From Antedon mediterranea (Eukaryota; Animalia; Echinodermata), in contig NC_092671.1 in NCBI RefSeq assembly GCF_964355755.1, positions 24,378,070-24,442,069 on the forward strand: DNA of 64,000 nucleotides. The letters are read 5' to 3'. Below are positions 1-12,766 of the stretch, in pieces; positions within the stretch are counted from its first letter, which is position 1, and each line of letters opens with the position of its first letter. The notes under the pieces are model-generated. The model saw only the letters and a list, made by a program, of their open reading frames with translations. It was not told the origin of the DNA and ran no database searches. The position numbers and the translations under genes are program-made.

Positions 1-1016
1 AACCAATTACAGCTCTTAAAATATTTCCCGGGCCAATGACAGTTCGTCCCAATAGCTTACCGTGAACTAACGGAACTTTATTTTATATCTTTGTATTGTC
101 AAAGTAAAAAATAATACTGTATTCAAATTATGATTTGACAAAAGGCTAATACTGTAGAACGAACGATAGACATCACACTCTGAAAATTTTTCTTGATCGT
201 TAACCCGTTATAATAGTATAATTCTGTTAGATTTGTTTGTATTAGTGTCAATTCTATATTTAAATGGTCAACAACCGGTAACCTGTTTCTTAATTAAAAT
301 TTTATGTTTTCTTTTTTTAATGGACACTCATGGCAGGGATGCAAACATTTAGAAGCGGGACGTCGACAATCTGTTGAAAATCGGGAGACTGTTGAATAGT
401 CGTCTCAACCACAAGCCTGTGAGATAGAAGGTTGGGGGTTAGAGTGGTTAAGCCCGATAAACATTCACCATCACTTAATAAAGATTTATAGAGAGTATCT
501 CTTTTTGTATTCACCACGGGCAATGCTTGAAAACAAAAGTCAGTTTTTTATTTGATGATGAGGAAAATTGTGGTTGGCGGGACTGGAACTTAATTAAACT
601 AATCTTTTGACAGTGTCGGTAAACGTAATACCGATATGAATAAACACCCGTTTTAATATTTAAAAAAAATTAAACGTGAACACACTATCGTCACTAATCA
701 CATTGCAACCGTAACAAAATCGGCAACTTGTAATTTTGGAGGGAATATTTTTTATTTCAATCTTTGTTTTGAATGGCTTTTGTCTTTGTGAACGTTGACA
801 TAATGGCATAATTATTCGGAATTATGGAAGCCGTGAAACAGATGATATGTCGCAGGAAACGACCGATTTATAACCAAAATTTGCAGAACGCTGATGCCTA
901 TATCGTTCGTTCTTTTTACTTCTTGTCAAATCATAATTTGAATATATTCTGACAAATTTGGCCCGGGAAATATTTTAAGAGCTGGAATTAGTTTCCAGAT
1001 CGACGCAAAGTGCGCC
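1..1016. mobile_element. Non-autonomous TIR element, Kolobok-like; left tip lies just outside the window
   Basis: 1-36 is the near-exact reverse complement of 958-993, and 121-175 of ~892-945. The right end reads ...gtgcgcc|TTAA (1017-1020). Confidence 0.65.
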
Positions 1017-2041
1017 TTAAGAACAAACTTGCGTGTCAACATAAGTGGGAACCGACGTGTTCAACACCGACTGCTTTACGTTCATCATGATTCTCGATCG
1101 TAAGAGGGGATGCAAAAATAGATAGAAGAGTATTTTCTGATGTTGCGCGCGCGTCAATACAATACGTTGCGGTAGGATGTTTTCGTTTAGTAGTTCACGT
1201 TGGTTAATGAAATATTTATTTTACATTTTTCTTCTTTACATAGTACTGTCGCTTCGCCAACCACACTAACCGATACTGATAATATTATTTGTCCATTATG
1301 AATACATTAGAAAAACATTTTTAAACTGGCGAATAATTAAATCAGTAATACTGTAGTATTGGCTACAATGGGGAAAATGTACAAGTTTAAAATACTATAG
1401 GCCTATACAGAATAACTAAAGGAAAATAAATATCTTATTGTATTTATTCATACATTTAGACAATAGGCAAATATTATAGATAATAAACATACATCAACAT
1501 AATAATATTTAAATGCAAAAAAAAAAGATCTCTAAGTTGTATTCACGCGTACGTATAACATTTTTAAAAACAAGTGTAAAATCTATGATACGGACACTTT
1601 TTATAGGCCTAGGCCTATAGGCTCTAAAATTAGGCTAAATAAGCATATGGCCATCCTTTACTTCTTACAATTTACTTACTTTAATTTATTTACTTTACTG
1701 TAGTTTATTTCTATACTTTTCTATACAGTTGGCTATGGCTTTAAATTGTAGGGGACGTGTGCTACAATGCTAAGTTATCGGAAAAAGTGACATTTAATAT
1801 TGCATTCAATTCGAGGTCCTTCTTGTGTGTCCGTCGCCTTGCAAATAGCGCGATGTGTTTGTTCGTAAAACTATATCACATATTAACTCCATTAGCGAAA
1901 ACACGTGAGCTTGTTCATAGCTAGATAAAGTCATGTTTTTTGATAACATAACGATTAAAATCGAAATATTTTTTTAGAATCTGTAAATTCAAGGTGTTAT
2001 CATCGATTTTGGTCGGATTTTGTGCACACTACCATTTCGTA

Positions 2042-2110
2042 GGGTCTTCGCTTTCGAGGTCTTCGGTCTTAGATCTTCGCTTTCGAGGTCTTCGCTTTCG
2101 ACACACCCCC
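2042..2110. repeat. Subterminal repeat cluster (ggtcttcgctttcga-like units), probable end of a non-autonomous DNA transposon
   Basis: 4-5 imperfect (g/a)tcttcg units ending acacacccc, directly abutting the BEL gag fragment. Confidence 0.5.
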
Positions 2111-2950
2111 CGTGGATGGGCGACGCGGGAAGCCACCCAACTGGCTACGATGATAAACAGTCCGAGTACCACATCGGCTAGTCTGACTCTCCAGGTAGGA
2201 GAGTTAGACAAACGAGTCGAAGCTTTGGACGCCCTCCAGAGCCAGGTAGAAGAAAAGCTATCGGACGATCAATTAAATGACAACATTGGTGAGGCCTACG
2301 ATTTTCGTTCTCGTTTGTTAAGGACAAAACTGGAAGCAATAAATAGAATAGCTGAACCTTCCGAGCAGTCACAGTTACACGTGAGCTCGAGTAACGATAA
2401 TAATGACACTACCAACGGTATTGGCAGTCGTCTTAATAATACAACAAAGCTACCTAAATTGGAAATAAAGAAATTTTGTGGTGAAATATCTGAATGGCAG
2501 ACATTTTGGGATCAATTTTGTGCTGCAGTGGATAGCACTACCATTCCCAAAGTTAATAAATTCACATATTTAAAAAACCTTTTGTCAGGAGAAGCTTTGA
2601 ACAGCATTGCAGGTTTAGCGCTGACAGACATAAATTATGATATTGCAATTCAATCACTAAAAGCTCGGTTTGGTCGACCGGAGCGTATAATCTTTTTACA
2701 TATTCAGGCACTCATTAATATCAATGTCAATACAAGTCAGGCTTCAACCGCAGCGGAGTTGTGGTCTATTCGAGATGAACTTAATGGACATGTCCAATCA
2801 TTAGAAGCACTAGGGGTCAATGGAGAAAAATATGGCATAATACTGACTCCCCTTATTTTATCACGCTTACCTCCAGAAATCCGCCTTGAATGGGCAAGAT
2901 CAGGAATCGGTAAGGAAGCAGACTTAAAATATTTACTGGAATTTCTTTAC
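2111..2950 (+). pseudogene. BEL/Pao gag fragment (DUF1759-type), truncated at both ends
   Basis: KLPKLEIKKFCGEISEWQTFWDQF...KFTYLKNLLSGEALNSIAGL...LKARFGRP is typical BEL gag. No LTR or pol is attached. Confidence 0.85.
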
Positions 2951-5900
2951 ACGATAAGTAGCGCTTCTCAATTGTGAGTGCGTAAACTTTCGGACGTTGC
3001 ACCACTTTCCATCTACAGAAACAACGAGATAGCGATCTCGTGCACAGGTCTTGCGACGATCTGTCCACAGGTAGACTAAATCACCAACCGTAATAGAAAC
3101 GACAGGTGCTGCACACGCGACGGGTGCCTTAGACTTTTCACTGTGCGCGTGACTAGAGGCTCTGGGGTGCTGTTGGCTGATAATCAACTTGCGGTCAGAA
3201 ATAAAGATTTGGTCATGAGTGAACTGATCTCGCTGTGTCCACATTTTGCGAGACGACAATCCTCGTGTTCGGATACGGGAGTTAAGATGAGATGTGGCGA
3301 CAGCAAGCACTGTCGATGAGATTGGACCGCCACCAGGCTCTTGCCGAAGTAACTCTTCTGACAATTCGCGTACAGCTTTCTCTCCAACCGGGTTTTTGTT
3401 GATGTTCTTAACTCTGCCAATTTCGATCGAAATCCTATGTTTCAGTAAGACGGGATCGTGGACGAGTGCCATGAAGCCCGGGGCAGGGTCTGTGCGGATG
3501 GTTGCTGAAGGGCCCTCCACGGGGCACATGCCAATGCATAAGAGAATTAAGGTATCACGGAGAGTATTGTGCTTCTCATCGCTGATTAAACACGAAAGGG
3601 TGTAAGACGTCACCGTCTCTCTGACAACAAGAATAAGTTGACGCTCGCGTTTTAGGACATCGGCGGCAAAGGTGACTCCGAGCTTCGACGGAGGATCATC
3701 AGTGGACTGTTCAATTGCGGTGGTGGGTACAGTACGGATCGAGGCACAGTGATGACACAATTCTGACACCTGTTCGATGGTTTTGTCCAAGTCAAGCGCA
3801 AAGAAGTGGTGGCGAACGGATAACTTAAGTTGGTGGCTAGTTGGGTGATCTAGCCGGACGTGATGTCAGCAGTCCGTTTAATACGGGGCGAGGGACAATG
3901 ATACATTCATGCTTAAATGAGAGTGGTTCAGTGCGGTTGACTACAAGGAGACCATCTCTTCCAATGGAACAACAGTTAAGGTACCGTTTAATGTCCCTGA
4001 CATTGGTTAACTTTTTAGATGGACGCGTTCCTTGAATAAGATGAGCTTTTACACGCCGAAGGTCTGGACACTCGGATTGGATGGCTAGCCAAGCTGGCCG
4101 ACTGGTGAACGGAAGTTTGACGTCTCCAGTAATGAAATCACGTATCGATGAACGTAGTACCATTGACTCTATCGCGCCGTTGACAAATGAGCAAACCTGA
4201 CAGTTGTCAACTGAGCATGGTGGAGCGTTGCGACTAGCAAAGTCGGATGTGACGTTGGCTGAGCCTGCCAGGTGCCGAATAGAAATCTGGTACCTGCTAG
4301 CGGTGGACAGGAAGGTGGACACACGGGGACTGACTGAGAATTCTCCCCTGCATAGCTTTTCGAGCGCTTGGACGCATGGCTTACTGTCAGTTAGGACACA
4401 TGTGTTATGTCGAGACTGGAAAATAAAAGGACTAAAATGTTTAATGGCTGCCGCGATAGCCAAAGCTTCGATCTCGCAGGGTAGCCATGTGACCTGACGT
4501 GCACGGAGTTTGGCACTAAAAAAACCGGCTAACTGTGGTTTGGATTCACGAGTAACGTATAAGGTTGCGCCTAGACCATGACTTTTAACAGCACCATCCG
4601 TAACGATCCACAGTTGGTCATCGGGTGAGGTAAAACTATGACCTTGTTTGAGTCAAGTGCGTTCTGTGCTACTTTAAATGCTTCATGTAAGGCATCGTAC
4701 CAATGTATTGCTTCTTTGGACTGTAAGCCGGCTATGGCTTCTTCCAGTGGAGCGATGAGAGATGCGCACTGAGGTAAAACGCGTGCTAGCACCTTATATG
4801 CCCCGATAAAGGAGCGTAAACCTCTTACCGTCGGTGGTGGAGTGTATGCCTTTAACGTTGAAATACGATGAGTATTTGCGCGAATAGAATGGTTGTAGTT
4901 TGTGGACAAATCACCGTTTTGCTAGCAGACAATCGCAGACCACACTTGTAAATGCATTGGAGTAGACGCCGCCAATTGTAAATTAACTCCTCTAAACTGT
5001 TCCCTCCACAATAAAGGTCATCCGCAAGCTTTGCTACTACTCCCTCCTTAATCAAATCCCCCAGTACCCTACAAGTCAGTTCTTCGAGGGCGGTCTCTGA
5101 ACCAGGCATACCCATGGCACACCGGGCATAAACTCTGACACCTCGAAATGGTGTGGCAACGCCGCAGTACTTCATAGAACCGCGAGACAAAGGAATCTGG
5201 TAAAATGCCTTTGTGAGGTCAGTAGTGATTAAGTGCTTCCATTTTGCGATGTTACGTAGAACGGAGTTGACATCCGGCATAAGGGAGGGTTGGGGTTTCG
5301 CATATCGTCCGACCTCGGCGAATGCTGTAACCAGACGGTAACCACCACTCTCTTTTTTGACAAGGAAAGATGGGTTAAGATATTCGACTTGGACACCGAC
5401 GTCCTCGGGGCGAACAAATACTCCCACTTCCTCAAGCTCATCACATTTGTCCTGTAGCTCAACCAGTTTATCTCTGGAGTACTGAGGAACTCGACCCTTC
5501 CCCTGAGGAGGCTGTACAGGTCCCATGTTAACAACAGCCTGGAATGGGCCAACAGAGCCGTTGTAGGCTTTAATCATAGGATCGAAAACAACATCGTATT
5601 CAGTAAGAATGGATTGAAATTGGGATTTCACATTCTGTGGGAGGATATGGTCTAGATCTAGCTTGACATAATCAGAAAATGCGACAGAGGAAGGAGGCTT
5701 ACAGGGCTTAGATGGCGACTTTTGGGGAATAGCATTTTTGGCCGACAATGGCACAAAGGTGGGTCGGACTTGGCAAAAATGTTCGTGTCGTTTGATGACC
5801 TGAGGTGTGTCGGTGGAGTTTGGGATACGTACCCTTCCCGCAACACTAGAGACCAAGTCAAACTTTGGCCAGGTTCGAGGAAACGTACCCTTACTATGTG

Positions 5901-6717
5901 GTTCGAGAGCAAACACGTTATCTTGTTGGATGAAGTCAGACGGAATGGCTACCTCGATAAATTCTCCCGGCCATATAGTGGTCTCCCCTTCAGGAGCACG
6001 AAGCACACAAGGACGACGAACCGTGTTATGGTGAAGGCCTTGTACCTGGGAACCATAGATGTACGTGGTACCGTCACCCAATTTAATTTCCCGCTTCGCG
6101 GGTCGGAGGGCGATATCATTTACTGTAGCTCCATAAAAAAAAATGTCGACGTCAAGTTTTTCGACAACGAGACCCTCAAATTTGAATTTCCTGTCGTCCC
6201 TTGTGAAAATAATTGTTGTTTCGCCTACGACCGAAAATGGAGAAGATCCCTCAGCCTGGTGGGCAGACTGAGAGCTACTTTTAATGGTGGCGCCAATGGC
6301 AGTGGCAGCAGTAAAGGCAATCATGTTTCCTGTAGCCCCACTGTCGAGTGTGATTCTGGCTGTGTGGTGTTGGTGAAATGTGTCAAGGTATGGGGACTGG
6401 CGAACTTGGACTCGTAAAGCTGTCGACGGTGCACTATTATCACCAGGCTCATCCGAGGTGTTATCACCATCGATGATGCCAACGATTTGTCGGGCCTTAG
6501 CCATGTATTTCCTGTCTGACTCGGGCAAATGAGGGCATTCACTGAGGAAATGCTTGTCGTCCGATCGGCCGCTCTGTTTACAGATAGGACTTGTGTTGGG
6601 AAAACTGTGGTCGAGAGAATGACTGCCGAGTATTGGAATTTCGGCGTGAATCAGTGGAGCGGGGTGTGAAAGCTGAAGGAGAGCGAAATGTGGATGACCG
6701 AAAAACACGCGCATCAT
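2933..6717 (-). pseudogene. Gypsy pol (zinc knuckle, protease, RT, RNase H, integrase), frameshifted
   Basis: [18 protein letters not shown] knuckle; LDSGA protease; RT TDLTKAFYQIPL, MGMPGS, KLADDLY; RNase [20 protein letters not shown]; integrase AADV..RTDPAPGF..EKAVRE. Spread over ORFs 4852-6717, 4571-4909, 3837-4463 and 2933-3790. Confidence 0.9.
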
Positions 6718-7423
6718 CCGCAGTTCGTAACTCTTCTAAGAGAGAGTCTAAAGCCTGAGAAATCTCCGGTTTCACTGACGCCAGTGTTCGAGTGCGGAGC
6801 TCGGTACCATACCTTTGCTTAACTAACTTAGGAAGGCCTTTGTGGATGAGAGAGAGCCAAGTAAGAACTACCAAATTTTCCAACGAGGGTGAAAGTTCTT
6901 CGTCCTCCTGTATTTGGGCATCATGGTGGGAAATGCCCCCGTCTTGACGTAGTAAATTATCATGGACGAAAGCAACTAAGCGCTGATAGAGATCTTCAGG
7001 CTTTTCATTATCTTGTAAATGTATATCAGCAAAATCAATAAAATGGGCGCCGGTTGACTGGAATCCACAATGCAGTCGGATAGTTTGCCAAATTTGTGAA
7101 AGTGAGGAGGAGCTTTTAACAATGGTATTCCGGGAAATTATAGGGCAAAAATTAGCGATCTGACCGAGCATGAGTTCAAGGATAGTGAGTTTTTGTTGGG
7201 CGGTATGACGACGTGCAACAGGTACCTCCTCATTGTCGTCAGTTAAGCCACGAAGGGGGGATGCCCTGGTTTTGGAACGCCAAACAGAACCATCTAGGAG
7301 AAATGGGGCAAAATTTGCATCAAGTGAGAGTGTGTAGATAAGGTTTTGCTTCCAGTTTTCGAAGGTATTTATAGTTTCATTCTTGGTTAAGCACCATTGC
7401 TTGGGTGCTCTAGTACCGGCCAT
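6578..7423 (-). pseudogene. Gypsy gag
   Basis: ATG at 7423 ([28 protein letters not shown]...), directly upstream of pol and downstream of the PBS. Confidence 0.8.
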
Positions 7424-7611
7424 GGTAAGAAATGTATACAGAAGTCTAGGTGTTGTCAGTTGCACGTGTGAAGCAACAACCGATCGGTGCCTGTGAAAGC
7501 GTAGAGTATGTGATGATATGCTAGCTCGATTTGTTGGGCTAGGCCTACTAGATTGGGTAGGCTACTCACCAGTACTAGTCGAATAATGGTGGATGGGCTC
7601 GTAATCGTATA

Positions 7612-7621
7612 GCTGCCACCA
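7612..7621 (-). promoter_or_regulatory. Primer-binding site, tRNA-Leu-like
   Basis: Minus strand TGGTGGCAGC is complementary to the ...GCTGCCACCA 3' end of tRNA-Leu and lies upstream of gag. Confidence 0.6.
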
Positions 7622-7710
7622 CGCCAGTAAGGCAAAAGGCACACCACAATAAAGACGACCGGACACGTAAGACTCAAGTAGAATAAGATCTTTATTCGTC
7701 AAAACCTTAA

Positions 7711-8336
7711 AGCCCCATTCCCTACGTTTTTTAGATCTAATTTAAGATCACAAACTATATTTAATGTAAAAATAATACTATATGGTCCTATTGCGATAAC
7801 TTTTTTCGTCTTTAAACGGTTAAAAATGTGAAAAATAAATCGATTCTAATAATTATAGCGGCCCGCTATAAATCCCAAAATGCATTGCGCGTGGATTGAT
7901 ATTTTTGTTTTTCACCTGTAATTCGCCCACTTTTCGATCGATCGTGGAGCCAAAACAAATGGAAGACTCCTAACTTTTCAGCGAAAATACCGGGTTTTCC
8001 CCAATTTGTATCAACGGAGTCTGGCAAAAATAGAAAGACAATTAATGCAGCAACTATACAACGTCAGGCTAGGTATATAGCTAGCGTACGATGTTCGTAC
8101 GTTATCGATGTTTACCAGCTAGGCCTACAAAACTAAGCCTAGCTAGGCTAGGCCTAAGACCGTCCACGAGAGGTCGATCGCCGCGAGCTACTTAGGTAGT
8201 GCATTGTTTCTCACTTTTTATCATAATTTACCATAAAACGTACATTTAAGACAAGGAATGACATGGTTTAATGTTTTTAAAGTGATATATATGTATTATT
8301 TTCCAAAAAACGTCCAAAATTGCAGGGAAGGGGTCT
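7711..8336. mobile_element. Kolobok-like MITE with TTAA target site
   Basis: TTAA|agccccattccctac ... gcagggaaggggtct|TTAA imperfect TIRs; a related inverted copy lies at ~21695-21956. Confidence 0.75.
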
Positions 8337-8736
8337 TTAATATCACAACAATAACATAACAACCAGCGGCCATGATATGAGAGTCAATCCAGGTAGGAGG
8401 CGCTAGACTGGCGCAATTATTACTTCGAAAACTTTGTTTTATTCGTGCAATCGCCAAGCAGCCAACAGAGACAAATATTGCTACAGTATATAGTACTAAT
8501 TTTAATTTTAATTAGCTTAAGTATCCGTATCCGTCATTTTATGTCAGTTGTGTTCAATATGGATGCACCACTTCCTGTGTGTGCCACCGATGTAAAGGTG
8601 CAATTTCCAAATAAATTTATTATTATTAGAGGGCGTAACTTGTTTACATCGTTCGCGTGACTAAAAAATAATCATTTTCGACAATGTTTTCAAATTGTTT
8701 GCTTTATTGCATCTTTATCCCTAGTAGTACTACACC

Positions 8737-8835
8737 ATCGTCTCAGGGCCGAATCGTCCTGGGCCGAAAAGTCCCGGGCCGAATCGTCCCAGGAATCGGG
8801 CCGAATCGTCTCAGGGCCGAATCGTCCCGCTAACA
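8737..8835. repeat. Cluster of gggccgaatcgtc(c/t) repeats, probable MITE terminus
   Basis: About six imperfect ~15-bp units ending cgctaac. Confidence 0.6.
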
Positions 8836-10603
8836 CACACGTACGCGAACGCTTGTCATTGAAAAAATGTTAAAAAATAATGAGTAAATTAGAGTAGGCT
8901 ATTCCGAATATTTTCAAAAATTGTATACATACCTACATACCCGTATGCATATATTTGCGCAAACTACTTCATTTAGTTTTTGACGGGAATCGGATCCGGA
9001 TCACATTTTATTTCCTGGCGGAGGTCACAACTCTTTTATTGCCCTCGTTGTCATTTTTAACAATGTAACAACAATTTTAAGGTAATGGTAGTTCTAAAAC
9101 AAATAAACATAAAACCATTGACCATAAATAATTGCATATTATTAAATAATAAACCTTACATAAGCACATTTTATTGCAACATTATACTTTTATACATTTA
9201 CTTGTTTACTGTCTCTATAATTCTATTTTTTGCTGTCTCACATAAGCAAATATATCTACTGTATATCTAAAACTTTCTAAAACTGCCTAGAACAAAAAAT
9301 CATAAAACATAGTTTTCTATAGTACGATTTGATTTCCTTTATTTCGATGCATCGTTAGTTCTAAGTAAACTTAACACAAGAATTTTCTTACATAACATTA
9401 AGATTGTTGGCGTAATCTTGTCAAATCTGGCAATGCCATGGGTGAAAAAAGCTTCTCTTCCAAGTTTGCCAGTGGATTATTTTTTTGTTTCAGAAAGATA
9501 AAAAATAATTTGTTAATAATATTATTATTTATACTATACTGGCTAAATCATAAAACATGTGTATTTTCTACTTTTACATGTACAATTAACTGGGAATAGC
9601 ACTGCTTCTAGATATATTAGCCGTATTACACTAATCGGAAAGCATGTAAGCCTGCGAAGTGTGACAACTTTCCAGACTGAAAACAGAGCAAGCATCTTCT
9701 GAACATTTCTGGCGTGTTTTTGTAAATACGCCCTCTATCCAACTTCATGGAAATTAATTTATCATCTACATAAATTAATAAGGCGGTATTGGAAATTTGC
9801 GTGTTTTACGGATGTCCTTAGCTAATTTTTATCCATGGTTTCTATAAGGCCTAATCTAAAAACTATAAGCCTAATAATTCAGTCTGTAACAAATTACATT
9901 TTATATGTTTGTATGATAGGACTACTGTAACCTTCCACGTGACTTACTGTTTCTCAAAATTCCCATTTCAAAAAAAGAAGTCACAACGAATAACATATTT
10001 TTTAAATAACACAAATAATGAAGAGTTTCGGCAGCATCCTAGTATTACCTAACCAATACTATTTGGATTCAACGTATTTGTAACCATTAATATATTAAGT
10101 AGGCTACATTAATCAGAGCGCAGACCCTGTTTAGCACCGTTAATATATTACATCATGAGTTTAATTGCTCAGAGTACTCGTACGATACAAAATTCAACCC
10201 AACGGCAAAATAAGGATGATGCAGAATGATCAATTCAAGACCACATAATTACAATTAATGGGCTTTGCAACACCATTGCGTCATTATTAATTAAAGCCAG
10301 TACCAAGATAATATTTGCTCTATAATGTCAAATAGGACATAATATCACGTATAATTGAAAGTCGCGATTAAATAAGTTAATGGTTAACCTGTAGTATGGT
10401 GATAATAATGTAATCAGATTCCTGTTGTTGTAATTGTGCTACATTTAGTCATTGCGGCTATAACACCTAATTATCTGGTAATAAATCATCAATATAATTT
10501 GGGATCAAATCAAATCAACATGGTTAACCAATGTATAATCTACTTGTGGAATGTTAATATATTATTATTATAATTTGAAATTTTGTTTAAATGATTTCTT
10601 TAT

Positions 10604-10719
10604 TTATGATCTATTGTTATAGCACTTGGACACTAAAGGTCCAAACCGACCAACACATCCCTTTCTTCTATTGAATTTCTTTTTGCTCTTCATCGGTTTT
10701 GCTCGCTTTCGTAGTTGTC
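10604..10719 (-). CDS. SS1: Somatostatin/allatostatin-C-type (SS1) neuropeptide precursor, last coding exon with the mature peptide
   Basis: Acceptor ttctttcag|GA (phase 1); encodes GQLRKRAKPMKSKKKFNRRKGCVGRFGPLVSKCYNNRS*. Basic cleavage sites precede a C-x10-C ring with the CxGRFxP motif of echinoderm SS1 peptides. Confidence 0.88.
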
Positions 10720-12729
10720 CTGAAAGAACAAATAGTAACAGTAAACATGGTCATCATTATAATCACAATACTGGTAATAAGCCCAAATCATTTGGTTTGT
10801 TCGAATAAAGATCCTTCCCATTCGATTAACTTCATATTTTATTTATGTCATAGTTATTTTACTGTAATGTTTGTTTAACTAGAGCAATACTAGCCATATT
10901 GTAAATCCGTCTAATGTAATAGCTCATGCATTTTCTTAAAACACAATATGATCAATAATTAATCTCTTTAATAATATTATCAATAAGAATAATATTTCGA
11001 GACATAAGAGACAATTACAACACGAACACGAAACAAGTAGGTCCAGAAAAGTCAGACGGTTGATTGATTGTATACTCAGAGCATGAGTACCTATCAGCCG
11101 GCTAGGTTATATTACTGAACACCATATTATTGGTGTTTGCAATTACCTCATTTGTTCATATTGATATTAGATTTAGATGCAGACAAACTTTTATTTTGTA
11201 GAGAATGATAAATTTGCTTTGTTTCAATTATAAAATAGGAAAATTATAATATACAGTTATTTAAAATAGTTAATAATCAATAAATTAAAATATCAAAAGC
11301 CTTATAGTATATAAATCTGTGTCAAAAATGTAAGTGAATGTCTATCGTTTCGTTTAGTTAGTAATACTGGATGTTTCAGTCGAACATGCAGGAATCGTGC
11401 CAGTTCGTACAAAGATGATCAAAATGTGTGTTTATTTTTATCTATATATAAATTATGGTTAATTCTGACATAGGCGAGCACAATGCAAAAACTTCGGTAC
11501 AAATATCCGCCTTGGATACCTACCTTATCTATCCGAGATGTACCGCGAAACGTAGATTTGATAACATTAGTGTGCACGCCGACGCTATTGTTCCATATTT
11601 ATATCTTAGGAAGATATTATAAAGAGTTTTTTAACAACATTTATGATTTCAACATTGGATTTTCCTCTCAATTTCAATTCTTCCCGGTCAAAGTAATTTC
11701 CGGGTTTAAGATAAGTTCACCTTAGTTTCAAATATTTTCTCTCTTTTATACACAAGGGAGCAGTTAAAATAATAGATTTGACCCTAAAGGTGACTTGAAA
11801 CAGGCACTTTCCATCAATCAAATCAATACAGTGTCCCTTTGGAAGACGAAAAAAAAAATTGGCCATTAATCATAGCCATTTCAGTTTTTTTAATTTTAAA
11901 ACATACCGCACTGTGTGAAGGTACAGTAGTTAAATAATAGGAATTATACTGCAAATTAATAGAGATCAAATTAAATATACGCCATAAAGAATCAGAATAT
12001 ATTGTGGGGAATAGTATTATAAAATTACATAGGGAGATTTGATAAGACATTTTTCGAGTGAAATCCCGATAGCTGAGTTTTATTGAGTAAGCTTGCAGGA
12101 ATAACTGTAGGCTATCTTCCTGTGTCCCGTTAGGAACGAGATGTTTGCCCATGTTGCAAGCCGTAATGTCTTCTTTCTTGGGCCCACTCTGTCATGGCAG
12201 TTAGTTTCAAAAGATGATTAAATTAAATAATGTATTAATAATTATTAGGATGGTATTCATTTGAATAAACGCCTCTCCAATAAAACATCACTTTGAATAA
12301 TAACACCCCCCCCCCCCCAACCCATCTAATAAACGTCCATCCACATATTTATAATAACACAATTATACTACTGTATTTGTAGTAGAATTCACCGCACTGT
12401 TATCTGCAATTTACCAAGCATTTGTTATTCTTTTTTACCACTTTTCATATCTATGAGAGGATTTCATTTGATTATAAATGTTACCATATTATTAGAACTA
12501 AAAAATTTAACATATATCCCTCGAATAAGCACCTCCCTCAAATGACCTCCGCCTCGCCAAAGGGTTCTACCAAACAATAAAAACTATACTTTAAAATGTT
12601 ATTAATCATCTAAAACACTGTGAAACAAAGTAGTTTAGTTTTACGAATGTCAAGCATTTTCAATAATGGTAACCGACAGAAAATGTATAAGGAGAACATT
12701 ATCATTCCGAGAACCATCGTCTACACTTC

Positions 12730-12766
12730 CTAGAGGGGGAGCGAGCGAAGCGAGCTCACCCTCTAG
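12730..12766 (+). mobile_element. Helitron-like 3' terminus (hairpin ending CTAG|T)
   Basis: ctagaggg-gagcgagcgaagcgagctca-ccctctag|t; similar hairpin+CTAGT ends at ~15280-15308 and 16051-16067. Confidence 0.4.

Larger units (their letters stand above)
2940..8424 (-). mobile_element. Decayed Gypsy/Ty3 LTR retrotransposon, 3' end missing
   Basis: Domain order gag-PR-RT-RH-IN over several frameshifted ORFs; PBS at 7612-7621; candidate 5' LTR 7626-8424 split by a MITE. Confidence 0.85.

Noticed and set aside
1994-2110. N-terminus of the 327-aa ORF
   Set aside because: Read-through of a repeat cluster; gag similarity starts at ~2111.
5722-6417. 231-aa plus-strand ORF (likewise 53910-54407 and other antisense ORFs)
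   Set aside because: Shadow ORFs antisense to retrotransposon pol with no recognisable motifs.
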